NCBI GenBank assembly: GCA_015680685.1
Contig: MNCI01000491.1
Span: 48,335 to 112,334 of the forward strand
Origin: Gnetum montanum
Taxonomy: Eukaryota; Plantae; Gnetophyta
Direction: 5' to 3'
DNA: 64,000 nucleotides
The translations under genes were made by a program, and so were the position numbers. The first letter of the stretch is position 1; each line of letters opens with the position of its first letter. Below the pieces are notes generated by a model. It did no database searches, was not told where the DNA came from, and worked only from the letters and a program-made list of their open reading frames with translations. Shown here in pieces: positions 21,406 through 34,361 of the stretch.

Positions 21406-24400
21406 ATGGCTCCTAAGACTCAATTGGTGCTCGCGATGGTCAGGGATGCAAAGAAGACCCTGAGGCATGGGCCACAAGCGTGCGTTCCAGCGCAGGAGAG
21501 CACACCATTGACTTAGTGAGTTTTCATGTCTCCTCTATCCTTTTCTCCTTGCACCCTCTACCACTTTCTGCTCTAGTTTTGCATCTCATTTGTGTTGTCG
21601 TTTGTATTTTCTATGACCATGTTGTTTTGGCTTTTGTGTTGCCATGGCCTCTTTTTCTTTTGGTCGTGGCTGTTGTGCAAGGGTCTCGTTGTGATTACAT
21701 GCAAGGCCGTTGCTGTTGTCGCGATTGTTGCGACTGCAAGGCCAAAGCCCTTTAAGTTGCTTGACCTTACCATGCCATGGCGTAAAACCTTCGAGAGGGT
21801 CTTGGTTATGTTTGACGTAGCGCCACAGCAAGCGTTTTTGTTTGAGCATGTTGTTAGTCATTTTACTGCTACGCTAAGCTTCTTCCATGTTCTTGTTAAG
21901 CTAGGCTTTCACATCTTTGCTACACTATAGTGAGCAAAGGGTCATGTTACGCTACATTCGTGTTCTGCTAAGTGCTGCTATGTTGCACATGCGTTGCATT
22001 CAAATTTGATGTCAATATCTGTTGGTTGCATCGTGCAGGGTAGGGCCAAGGTCTATGCTGATCGTCTTGGACCTAGAAGGGGTCCTATGTCATGTGGATA
22101 GACCTATGGCCAATGTTCCTCCTCCTCCAATACGTGTGAGAGAACGAGCGGTTTGGTTCAGGGATGGGGCGCGAGACTTCCTCCAATTCCTTCTCAACCA
22201 TTTTAGTCTCATGGTCTGGTCCTCCTTAGACAAAGAAGAGGCATGTGGCATAATAGAGGCCATACTGCCAGGGACAAATCAGGGTATTTTGAGATACCTT
22301 TCCGACATCGCGTCCACAAGCAGGCCGGGAGGAGGAGGATCTAACCCACAGTCAACATTGTTGAGGCGCCTGGCCTAGATCTGGGATATGCTAGAATACT
22401 AGTGTTATCACCCATACAACACACTGTATCTTGCACTCTAAATGGTAGCCCTCTTTCAAAACCCACAGGGGACCGTCCATTGCATTGGTGGGTGAGTTTC
22501 GCATCTTTGCTTGGTTGTGCAACATTGGCCATACTTGATCGAGTGCTGATAGTGTGTGCTTGTCACTAGGTTCTATATTGACGATGACGGGGTTCATGAC
22601 CATCCAAGTGAGTTGGCCGCAACGTAGCTAGCCCTATGGGAATTTGCTTCTGCCAAGAGCCTACGGGCGGGCATGATTTCTCATTTCGGGAAGGGATACT
22701 GTTCCTACATATACATGCTCGCCTCCCTCTACAGTTATTGTAGGGTGAAGGGTTGGCTGGACAAGGAGTGGAGAGAACCTTTCAAGCAGGTCACACTTGA
22801 AGCGATCTTGCCGACTGAGCTCCCGCTATTCCCCTCACCGTATAGACCTGGTAGGTTAATAAGTGGTTGCCATATGCTCAAGTGTTTTCTTAGTTCATTA
22901 TGCTAAGTACGTTTTGTGATTATTGCTACAGGAGTTAGGAAGCCTTGTGAGGTGATGGTGGTAACTGCCAAGAGGCAAGGGGAAAACATTTAGTTCAAAT
23001 ATGGTGAAGTAGCGATGAGCCAGAGCTGGTTAGAATGAGAGGCTCCTGGCCCCTTGCTCAAGAAAATTTGAATGGCTGGGCTTATGGATTTGTTCATGGC
23101 TCCAAATCCGGGCATCACTGCTACCGAGATGCTTTCCTTGGTCAACTCCTTCTTTGGGCAGGCAAGCCATTTCTGTACATACATGCAGGGTGTGCGGGTG
23201 GTCATTGAAATCAATGATTAGCTATTTGCATATTTGTTTGGCATTCCTACTGATGGCGCTGATGTGATGTCGAAGGGCAAGCAGGAGTTGACCCTTCAGA
23301 AGCAACATGTCGAGGAGTGGCTAAGGCTCACCAAGGCGCGAAAAAGGTTTCCTATGGACAAGCTCAGTGAAGGTCCTACTATGGGGCTATACCCGGTCTT
23401 TTGTGCCTGCACATTCTCTCAATTTCTCACCCAAGGGAAGGTCCTGGGGCTTGAGCAGGCTTGGGTCATGTAGGAAGTCATGGAGGAGGGGGCCCATTAC
23501 AACTGGGCTGAATTCCTATATAGTGGTTTATAGGCTGAAATTTTGGGGCTCCATGAGCCAATGGAGTCCCGCTCTAACATACACTACGCTTTCTACATAG
23601 GGTGTTTAAAGTGCTTCACAGAGTTCCTGGTGGTCCAAGAGGATGGAGTCTAGACCAAGATAGATTGTGACTAGATTCCTAAACCATGGATTCGACAGGT
23701 CCGTCGGACTATGCAAGCCTAAGACCCCCCAAAAGTGGTGGGGAAGTTATTATCTGTAACGACTAAAGGTCTGGCAGTTCGTAGCGCTTACAACCAAGAT
23801 AGCATAGGGGAGACGCCCCTTGCCATAATTGGCAATGTGACACAGGGTGAACGTCTCATAGCTGAGATCGTGCCCACGGAGCTGCGAAGAAAGAGACCTC
23901 CCTCAACTAGGGAAAGTCTTCATGAAGAGGAGGGGCGAAGACTGCGGTTCAAGTTGCGGCGAATGCAACCCCACATTGGTGAGCACTGTATAATATTTAG
24001 TTTATTTTGCTATTGCCTGCTATTTTATGCTTTGTTAGGCAGTGTGCCATAGTGTGGTATTTGTTAGCTTGTCTCGATTTGACATATGTATGCCTTCTTG
24101 TGGGTAGAAGAAGAAGATGATGAAAAAGAAGACGACGAAGGGGTGTCGGCCCTCAGGATGAGGGTGACAAATAAGGACACAGGGGCCCCAGCTTTGGAAG
24201 AAAGGGCCCCAGTCAGGAATAATGGAGCTCTTATCTCCAGGGCAAGGACTCTTGTCATTAGGGAGCCTCTTCCTAACGAAGAGGTACCATCCCAAAATAA
24301 GAAAGACACCACCCTCCTGAAAGGAAAGGCACCAGGGCATGAGGTAGGGGCTTTCATGGATTTGGTCAGGCCTTCTGCCGAGCCTACCATGATTGTGTTA

Positions 24401-25784
24401 CATCGGTAAGAAGAAAGACCACAGCCAGATGCTGGTGAGTTCGGCTTTGCATGTATCTTACCGTAGTTCATTTTGGCCATTGCTGACATGCTTAATCATA
24501 TAACAAGTGCTACTGCTGATGCTTCGGGGCTTCCTCCACCTTGTACGGAGTCATGGGCTGAAATCCTTGACAAATTTGCGTTTGTTCAGGGGCTTGTCAA
24601 TGACATGATCAAACACCTTCAACAGATGGATCCCCGTGCAGGTAAGTAGGAGTGTTAATTGCCCTCATGTTGTCACGTTGCAATTTTCGAGCTTATTGAT
24701 TATGTTAAGCTAACGTGTTTACTACGCTTTGTGCACTTTGAACAGCCTCTCGGCTTAAGTGGGACCCGGCACGACCTATGGAGGTTGGTGCGATGCTCGC
24801 ACTCTCACCTGACATGACTGAGGTGTCTCGTCATACATTTGACGAGGCTTACAAATGCATCTTGCACTCGGTGCACTCTCTGTGGGAGTGTAGACGCACC
24901 AATGAATATCTATGGAAACGGATCCAAAGGGCTGATCAGAGAGAGGCCGAATTGGTCGCTGAGTGGAGAATCTCAGGTTGAGGATCAATTTCCTCATAAA
25001 CCGTAACCCTAACCTTGTCGATTTGCAAAGCGCTAGGGACGACTATGCCAGGTTTTGGACTAGCGTTCATCAAAATGTAGAGTCCACCCACAAAATAATC
25101 GAATAGCAGATGCAGATGGACCTGCTAGCCTAGAAGTGCCAAGATATGAAAGACATCAGCACTAAGGTCTTTGAATGGGGGAAAGCCCAGAGGGATCACA
25201 AATATACATACAAGCTAGAAAACGAAACCCATCGAAGATTGTATAAAGATGTTGTTGTGGAGGCGTTCTCGTACGAAACGTTCGTGAAGGCTATCAGTGC
25301 TTCTGAGGCCTACACCAAGTTTAAAAAGTAGGTGAAGGTCATGGAGTCTCCTAACCTGAGGGTGAACCTTCCTACAGGAGAGACCATAACCGCCTCCCTT
25401 TCCCAGGAACCTCTAAAGTGTACGACCTTGGAAAGGGAAAAAGTTGCTGCTGCGAATGCTGAGCCTAGTGATAGGCATTGGATGGACATTTCAATAGAGG
25501 AGATTGAGCGTTGCCTCAGGCTTGGTCTAGACTAGATACCTCTTAAGATTGACGCAGGCTCTCCTCAGGTTGGTCACTTTAATGTTGTGCTATAGCTAGC
25601 GTTTACCACATTTGTTGCCTTAGCTAACTACTCTATTCTCGGGATACAAGCCCTTAATGAAGGTGTGAGGCCCATGCAGGGAGGAAATAAAGAGCCGATA
25701 AGCGGCAACACAGGAGCAGGCGATGTACAAGTAGGTGAAGCGGGGGCAAATGGCGAAGGCGATGTGAACGGGGATAACCCATGA
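21406..25784 (+). pseudogene. E2 copy of the antisense multi-exon accessory gene
   Basis: Exon 1 MAPKTQ... at 21406-21515 (GTGAGT donor, phase 2). Exon 2 at 22039-22491 has LIVLDLEGVLCH..VWFRDGARDFLQFLLNHFSLMVWSS..FQNPQGT. Later exons match E1 (KGWLDKEW, LFGIPTDG, KVFEWG, SIEEIERCLRLGL). Confidence 0.78.
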
Positions 25785-26080
25785 CAGCATGGGACTCCTC
25801 TCTCTTTTATTAAAGTCTTTGAAAATTTTACAAACATTGCCAACGGGCGAAAATTTTGAATGAAATGGAAAAATTTAGTAAGAAAGCTGGTTTTGTATTA
25901 ACTTATGCATTATGTAAAGTTTTCATGCTCTCGTATGCTAGTTTTAGGTCACTTTGGGTCGTTGCTAGTTTTGGGCCATTCCGGGCCGTTAGCGTAGCTT
26001 GCTGAAAAGACGTCATATTGACGAGACAAGGAAACGACGAATATGCAAGGATAGCAACTAGGTGGGAGGTCGCAAGGTTA

Positions 26081-29000
26081 CTACACTATGCGTAGCTGCC
26101 TCTTGACCTTTCGTGGATTGATCAGAACGTAGGGTCGAGGCGTTGCACCTAAGCCCCTGCTCATAACACTATCCTTCACTTGGAAGGGCAATTCACACCA
26201 TGTGTTTTCAATTTGAGGATCGGCTCGTTGGACCAATCCCTTCGCTGTATGGTTAATGCATGCATGAACAAGTGCTTTATCTTCAAAGGTTGTAACTTCT
26301 GAACCCTGTTCCATGCTTACGTTGCTAATTGCTTATGTTACTACCTCATTGCCATGGATTATCACCTCCTTACCCGCGTATGGTAAGTGGATTTCTTGGT
26401 GTATAGGCGAGGAGATAGTCTTAAGTTGTGCTAACAACAATCTTCCCAAGATCAAGTTAAACCCTGGCATTTCTTCGACCACGACGAACATTGCGTCTAT
26501 GGGGAACTGGTCCCCTGCTCCGAAGTTTACGTGAACTGTGCCCTTCACCAAGACGTATGCCCCGTTGAAGGACCGTAGACACGACATTGCCATTGGTTTG
26601 ATCTGGTCGACCAATCCCAACTTATCTATAATAGGGAAGGAAATGACATTTGTGGCAACCCCATCATCGATGTGTACACTTCGGATCCAGTGTTGGCCAA
26701 CCCGAATCATGATGAAGAGAGGTGCGGTAGTCACTTGACCCCCTTCGAGATCTTCCTTAATGGCATTACTACTGAAATTCAATCGAGGTACTGTAGACTC
26801 TATGGGTACAGAGGGGAGTATGACTGAGTGTATGGCATGTTTTGGTCGACCAAGATCGCCATTAACATGTGGACTAGAGCCTCGCGGTGAGGTACAGATG
26901 TCATAACCAGGTCATACCTTAGGGCTTGCCCAACCTGGGTGAGGGTGTCCAAGAGGTCTTGGCCACCTGTGTGTTTGAAATCTTCCTCCTCCTCGATTCG
27001 TCCTAAAAGATGAATCTCTCGAGGAGTGACAACTTCAGACCTAGGCTCAGATCTTTGTTGGTTAGGTGATGCAGGCTGTGTAATCGCGTCGACCTTCACC
27101 TTTGGTGATGAAGGTGCAAATACAAGGGGTGAAGGCATAGGCTTAAAGATACCTTTGATGGTATTCCCCTTTGATGCCTTGCCCACCAAGTAGGCTTCTC
27201 GCCTGGTTGGGCGAGGAGGTTGTTTAATGTTGTTGCACAGGGTGGGGGCTGTCAAAGATGTTGACCCCCTGATGATGAATGGAGCTAGAGGTGGCAACTG
27301 ACGGGGCTGCGTGGCCTCGCCAACAGGTGATGCAAAGGTAAATGTCTGTGGTGGGACTTTCAAGATGAAGGACGACTGTGAACTTGGACGATCCATTGGT
27401 GGTATTAGTGTACTACGCTGAGGCACACGAATCACAAACGGCTGGAAGGGTGGCTTGGGATCATTGTCAATATCGATGGCATTGATTACGTAACTGGTAT
27501 TATTGGTGTTGACGGGGTCTATATAGACATACATAGATTGATTTTCAGGGCGTACTGGATTACTTTCATCCAACATCAGCTTTCCCAGGTCGATTAATCT
27601 TTGGATGTCATGCTGCAACGACAGACAATAATCCGTGGTGTGACCACATAGTTGGTGGTAGTCACAAAACCTATCTAGCCTGAAACCCCTAGGAACCAGG
27701 GGTTCATTGGGCAGGGCCAAAGAGGGATTTCTAAGGAGCTCACGAAAACGCCAATGTCTTGCATTTGCTTCCTCCGACATCTGCTTGTGCATGATGTATC
27801 CTACTGCCAACAGTTGCTTTAGGAGTTCTGAAGGTTTGAGAGGCATTGGGGTGTATTTTGAATGATCTTTGTGCTCGAAGTTAGGTTTAGTGTATGCAGA
27901 TGCCTTGGGCGCAGGTGCGGCAGGTTGTGATACTTGGCCCAGTTTGGGCGCAGAATTAGTCGTAGGCATGGATGATTTCTTGTTATTCTTGCTTCCGCTA
28001 TTACTATGTTTGGGCTTGGCCTCAGCTGCCATAGTAGCCACCATGGTTTTTGGGGCCTTATCCTTGTTCTTTTTTGTGAAACTGTTCTTGTAAGTGATGT
28101 AGGCTGGGTCTTTGCTCACCTCAGCCGTGTCTTATATGCTTTTCATCTAAGCAAAAGTTTGGCTAAGTGAGCATGGAGCGAGGTAATACAATTTGGACTT
28201 AATGAAGTCATTCACTGCACCCTTAAAGATGGCTAACAAGTGAGCCTCTGCGATGGGCTCACGAATTTCGTTAAGTGTCACGCTCCAACGTTGAATGAAT
28301 TTTTGGACTGATTCTAACGAGTCTTGTTTCACACCCATCAGTTGATCCAGTGTGGTTTCTGGCTTCAAATTATATTTGAAGTGTGTCACAAACTGGGTCA
28401 ACAGTTCTTCCAAAGTCAAAATGGATGAACGTGGCAACGCGCAGTACCAATCTAGGGCTTTCCCAACTAGGGACATGGCAAAGACACGAATGATTGTATG
28501 CGGCCACTGTTGTAATAGTAGAGACTTCGACCAGAAAGTGACAAGATGGGTATTGGGATCCCCTTCCCTGTCGTACTTCATGAAGTGCAGGAGGGACATC
28601 CCAGGTGGTAATATCAAAGTAGGGATTGCAAGGTTGACAGGGTCATCTTGATAAAAGCCCATGACTTGTATCGTATCGGACCCAACAACCTTGAGGCATT
28701 TTACTTCTTTAGTTAGGGTCTGGATGAGCTGAAACGCTTGGTCTAGACTCGGTGACGTTGCAGACAGCTGAGGGACTGCGGAGGCAACTCCTACATGCGG
28801 TATGGTGGCAGTGGCGATTTGACCCATCAAGGATGCCATTGGGACCGCCCCCGCTAAAGGTGCTGTTTGCGTTGTTCACCACCTGGTGGGTGGTATTATT
28901 AGAGCAGTAATAGCGGGTTGAGTAGCTGGATAGGCTATTTGGGCTACCGGTGGGACAAGCCATGGCCCCATGCCAGGATGTATCGTTTGCGGGGTTGGAT

Positions 29001-29839
29001 AGGCCTAAGGGCGAACATAGTGAGACACCTGCGACAGTTGCAGAATAGACGAAGAAGAGAACGGGTTCCACAATAATGGACAAAACTGATGCGTAGGTAG
29101 GAGTCGGCATAGGAGTTAAGTGCAATTGCAAAGTAGGTACTATATGGATATGCGGTAGAGTAGTCGTGATAGGTGTGTTGCGCACCGTGGGAGTGTGTTG
29201 ATAAATGATTTGCGATTGAACAGTTGCTGTGGGGGCAACTGGGGAATGGACGTGATGTTGCGTTGGGAATGTAGCATGGCTACCCATTGCAATTGTGATT
29301 GTAGGCTACTGGAGCATAGGTGTAATGATAAAGGGGGTGATGACAGACAGCGGGTTGCCCTAGAAGGACTGGGTAGACGGGATGGTAATGGGGTTGACCT
29401 GACCTCCTTCATCAGATTGGGAATCAAGTTCCTCTTGCCCATCTTGAAAGGCGTCATCCTGGTTGGACACTATGTCTTGTTGCTCCCTAAGCCTGGTCAA
29501 CTAGATTAGTTGATCTAGAAGCCTTTGGTACTATTGCATTAAAGGAAAAGAAATGCCCAGGGTAGGAACAAATTCCTCCCTGTTGCAGTAAGCAAACTCA
29601 AAGCTACGTTTTTCTTTGAGTTCATGTAAATCCAAGGGCAGATTAGCTTGCACCTTTGCACAAAGGAAACTATAATGCTCGTGTTGCTGGGCCAGCCCCT
29701 CAGGTCCTCGATTTTGGATTCTAAGAGATCGGCATGCTTCCTGCATTAGATTCAATCATTGTTCAGCACCAGTAGTGCCTTGGACCGTGAAAGGCACCTC
29801 CACGTTGAAGGTGTCCATAGTGGTGGTGGTGGAATCCAT
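26081..29839 (-). pseudogene. gag: E2 gag-protease
   Basis: KYDREGDPNTHL, AMSLVGKALDWY, CDYHQLCGHTTDYC, HIDDGVATNV..FNLILGR; collinear with E1. Confidence 0.9.
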
Positions 29840-29924
29840 TGCTAAGCAAGTGATTATGCAAAAAATGCAAGAAAAATGCAATAGAACAGAAGGAAGAAAA
29901 AGTAACAAAAGGGTGACTTTACAT

Positions 29925-30790
29925 CTTGCTGGATTCCAGGGGAATCGCGAGGCGACCGATCTATACCACACAAAGCTTAAATAACTGTAGAGGATGTCAC
30001 ATCTATGCCTGTGCATGATGAGGTACAGAGCACGTGCAAGACTACCATAAGGCAAGCTTAGTTGACAAATTATCAAGAAGGCTTTATGTCCCGCAGGATC
30101 CCGGAGGGACTGTCAAGGTGACTGGTCTGCACCACACAAGGTGTAAACAACCTCCAAGGGTGTCACATTTTCACTTGCACTGGTTAGGGTGCAGAACGCT
30201 TATAGGACTACTATAAAAAGGAAGGGCAAGTTAAATCACCATCGAAAGGCTTATTTTCTCGTAGGGTTCCGGAGGAACCGTTGAGACAACCGATCTACAC
30301 TGTACGACACGTAAACAACCTCAGGTTGGTGTCAAGTCTACACTAATGCAAGCCGAGGTGTGGAAGGCATATGAGACTACTGTAAGATGAGCGAATTAAC
30401 TAGCAATCAGGTAGGCTTTATGTCTCATAGGATCCCGGAGGGACCGTCAAGGTGACCGATCTGTACCACGCTAGATGGGGTACAGAACGCAGGCAAGACA
30501 ACCGTAGGATGGGCAAGCTAGCTAGCAACCAAGCAGGCTTTATGTCTTGCAAGATCCCGGAGGGACTGTCGAGGCGATTGGTCTGTACCACACAGGCTGG
30601 GGTTCAGAACGCATGCAAGACAATGGTAGAATGAGCTAGCTAGTTGGCGATCGGAGGCCTTGTGTTTTGTAGGGTTCCAGAGGAACCGTCCGACCAACCG
30701 ATCTACACAGCACAGAGTGCAAACAACTGCAAGAGGGTGTCACATCTACGCTCATGTGTATCAGGGTGCAGAAGGCTCATAGAACTACCG
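29925..30790. repeat. Six-unit tandem repeat (~120-167 bp period) in the E2 5' leader
   Basis: Core GGATCCCGGAGGGAC(C/T)GTC..G(A)CCGATCT..ACCAC near 29930, 30097, 30264, 30430, 30553 and 30672. Confidence 0.8.
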
Positions 30791-30818
30791 TGACATGCAG
30801 CAAAGGCACCAGAAAGAT

Positions 30819-30834
30819 CCTCCTTCTAGCGCTA
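30819..30834 (-). other. E2 PBS, tRNA-Asn type
   Basis: Minus strand TAGCGCTAGAAGGAGG, 6 nt from the LTR. Confidence 0.8.
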
Positions 30835-30840
30835 GAAAAT

Positions 30841-32606
30841 TGTAGCAACTGAAAACGTCAGTGACTAGAAAAAAAACGTCGGGGGGTTGGCAGACGCGAT
30901 AGTTCCAATCCCGTATCCTCGAAAGGGCAGTGCTGGGTGTGTACGAACATGAGGTGCCTTAAACAGTTTGGTTGATCAGACAAGGACTTACATCGACGTC
31001 GATATAGCCTTTTGCAACGTAAATAATGCGAAATGCAAGGTAATTCTTACAGGTAAATAAAGCGGGAGAGAAACTATGAAAGTGCAACAGTAATACGAAA
31101 TAACACTTAAAGATGAAAAAAACAAGAAATAATGCAAAGAAACAAGATAGCAAATAGGGGTTAAAGTGAAGTATGGTTAGAAAAATGCACCACTCCAAAG
31201 CTACAAACTTGTTCGGTCAGGATGGATACAATTGGCTGCACAGCATGACAGAGTGCAAAGGTTGCAAGAGCAACCAAGGTGTGTCAGAGAAGAGAAAGAG
31301 CTATGCGCTCAGACATGATCTTCACATACAAACAATGCAGGGCTCTACCAAGGTGGTAGAACAGAGATGGGGATCTCAGCCGAAAGAGACTCTTCGTCTC
31401 TAGTGTTAAACAAAAGACTTTGATTATTACAATGTCGACCAGAGAGGAAGTCTTTATTTCAGAATTTCAAAACAAAGTCCCCACTACTTGCAAGCTGCTT
31501 GCTTCCAGAAAGATGCAAACTCTTTTGAAATTGCCAAATTTATCACTTGCTGACTTTTCCCAATTGCGGGTATCTTCTTTTTTTTTTTTGTAAAAAGTCG
31601 CCTCTCGTTACATGTTGTTTGTCGGGATATTTATAGGGCTGAAGGTAAGCAAAAAAAAGTGATTTTGAATGCTACGTGCTACAAGCCTGTGCTTTCTTAC
31701 TGGTGCTACTCGAGCCATCTGTGACCGTTGGGCTTACAAGATTATTGTGATGCGAATCTGCCATGCAATAACTATGATCTACCATGTCGTCATCGTGTCG
31801 TCAGCATCTGGAGATGCATGCCAACGGTCCGATTAGGCACAGTGCATTGATGTCGTGCAACCACCTCTTTGCCTTGCTGTGCTTTGTGACGTAGCATGCT
31901 CAGCGTAGCGTAGCACCTTGTCACATGTTCTGCTATTTGTTATACACTTCCTATGCTATGCTATGCTACGTAGTGTAGCGTAGTATAGCAACTTGCCTTG
32001 ATCGCAAGAGTTTTGTTGATTTGCAAACCATTCTTCTACGATGCAAGTTTCGTGAACTTTGTCATCTTCGCCTTTCAAACTACCTTTTGTCTCTTCCATA
32101 GGATTGCTACGCCTTGCTGCGCCATGTAGCTCAATGTAGTGTAGTAGCAGAGATAGTTCGCCGCTTCCTGATGAAAGAAGGACATCACGGCAGAACTCGA
32201 AATTGGGCAAGGGGAGTGTGTAGTGAAGTCATTACCATGCTACGCTGTGTGACGTCATGTAGCATGGCACTTCGTTCCGCCATTGTCTTCTGAAGCTTGC
32301 TACGCTACATAGCGTAGCGTAGCATAGCAGGCTTTGTGACTTAGAAAACTTGCCGAACTGTTTCTTGTGCATCCAGGATGCTACCACCGATTCTGCATGC
32401 TGTTCCTGAGCAGGCTACCAGCTGTTTAGGCTACTTTGGTGGGTGGGCAGGATGGTATAGAACTTGTCCATGCTCAAAGTAGAAAATTTTCCAAACTGGC
32501 CGACCTGGACTTAGAGCGTTCTTCTCCCGATGAACTACCATTGTGCTGTGTGGACTGCAAGATCCTGGTGAGGCCAGGATGACCCTACATTTTTTAGGAT
32601 GTTTCA
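30841..32606 (-). repeat. E2 5' LTR (~1766 bp)
   Basis: Minus strand starts TGAAACATCC (as in E1/E3 termini) and ends ...GCTACA next to the PBS; internal CTATAAATA. The partner LTR is outside the window. Confidence 0.8.
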
Positions 32607-33074
32607 GTAGTGCACAAGAAAATACTTTGACATCTCAACCTCAAGTATTTTCAGCTGAGCTACTATGTCCCTCATTTGCATGATGTGCTCACACATACCA
32701 TGAGTTTTGATGAGCTTCATGGATAAAAATTTCATTATAAAGGTGCTAGCCACAGCTTTGTTTGATGACTCAAATTGTTCATCAATTACATTTATCAAAG
32801 CTTACACATTGTGATACTATTCTAATGAACTACGTATACCACCCAAGATCTTGGTCTTTATGAACATGACATAGAGGTGATTAGATCGCTCCCATTTTTC
32901 ATAACAATCAACATCATCCAATTGGCTGGTTTCCACAATGATAGGTGATTCATCCCTACAGATAACATAGTCAACATCCATCCAACCTAAATGAAGGAGA
33001 ATTCTCTCCTTCCACATCTTATAATTATCACCCTTTAATTCAAGAATGTTACATTTAAAATCAAAGTAGTTCAC
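32607..33074 (-). pseudogene. gag: Ty1/copia gag N-terminal relic, cut by E2
   Basis: ELKGDNYKMWKERILLHLGWMDVDY...YEKWERSN and ...MCEHIMQMRDIVAQLKILEVEMS..FLVH, typical of copia UBN2-type gag. Confidence 0.85.
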
Positions 33075-33561
33075 AAGTTGTATTAATACATAAATTAAAA
33101 CATGCTCATGTCACTAAATATGAGGTTAAAATACTATATGACATGTTTACCAATGTAAATCATGCAATAAAATATGAATCAAATGACATAGAAATTGCCT
33201 ATGGGCTAAATTTTTAATTCAAACAAATTCATATATCCTTATGATGAAACAATTAAATTATATTCCTTTTCTTAATCCCTGTGAGTAAATTAAGAAAATA
33301 ATTCAATATATCATTCTAATTAATCATATTAAATATAATAAAAATTCATGTGGGATAAAATCTATTATATTACATATGATTAATCACAATTTAATGTCTG
33401 TTTACCATATGTGATCCAAAAACTCTTAATATATAATTCTGCATAATTAAAGATGTTGTGGCTACTCTCTAATGATGTAAAATTATATAAATCACTAATC
33501 ATTTATTTTTATGCATAAAAATTATTTTCTTAATTTATATATCAATATGTCACTTTGTAGA

Positions 33562-34348
33562 TGTGACAACCGAACATGTTGGTGGCTAGAATGTTGAGGG
33601 GTTTGCCAATGCACAGCCTCGACCCTACCTCCACGTGAGGGTCTTTGTTGGGAAATGAAGGCGAAGTGCCCTAGATGGCCTTGTCGATCGAATAGGGACT
33701 TTGCTAGCTGCAACCAAGGTATCAAGTGCAACCAAGGGGTGGCATGGTTAGCCAAAAACACAAATGTTGATGGTGTTCTCAATAGTATTGAGGCTGACTA
33801 GGCTTGAGCGTAGTGAGGTCTCTTAGCATGAGAATAGTGGTGCAAGTGTGCAAAAGACGTGTAAAAACTGAAGTCCAATGTTGCTATGTTAGAGAGCATA
33901 GTAGGATGGGGTAGAGCGTAGCATGGACACTTAGAAAAATCTTACAAAAATTGTAGTCCTTATTCTTGTTATGTTAGCTATGCTCAAGAGCGTAGTAGGA
34001 ACGGTAGATTTAGAAGTTAGATTTGCCAAATGCTTCTTCCATGCTAAACTAGCTTGGTAACTTCTAGCTTGACACTAGTGTAGAGTAGCCACCGAAGTGC
34101 TACTATGCTGGAGAGCATAGCAAGAGGGATGTAAGCATAGCAAGACACCTAGAAAAAGTTTTGTAGCTACTATTGACACTTAGAAAATTTTTCAAATCTT
34201 GTTGTGTTGCATGCTACGTTGGCTATGCTCTAGAGCGTAGCCCCAGCAGTGTCATCATGGGCCAAACACTTTGGAAAAATTTGCCTTGTGTTAACACTTA
34301 GACAAATTTTTTGTTGAAGTCTTGTTGCCCAAATTTGGTCGTGTTTCA
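33562..34348 (-). repeat. E3 3' LTR (787 bp, ~940 bp internal deletion)
   Basis: Matches 50697-~51000 and ~51937-52423; adjoins the PPT. Confidence 0.88.
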
Positions 34349-34352
34349 CTAG

Positions 34353-34361
34353 CCCCTCTTT
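34353..34361 (-). other. E3 polypurine tract
   Basis: AAAGAGGGG on the minus strand next to the 3' LTR. Confidence 0.8.

Larger units (their letters stand above)
17342..32606 (-). mobile_element. Tat-like LTR retrotransposon E2 (same architecture); its 3' end continues at 1-20 and beyond the window start
   Basis: On the minus strand: 5' LTR, tRNA-Asn PBS, gag-protease, spacer with antisense gene, RT-RH-aRH-INT. The integrase reading ...NNESWS/IDLDSV continues across E1 into bases 20-1. Confidence 0.92.
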
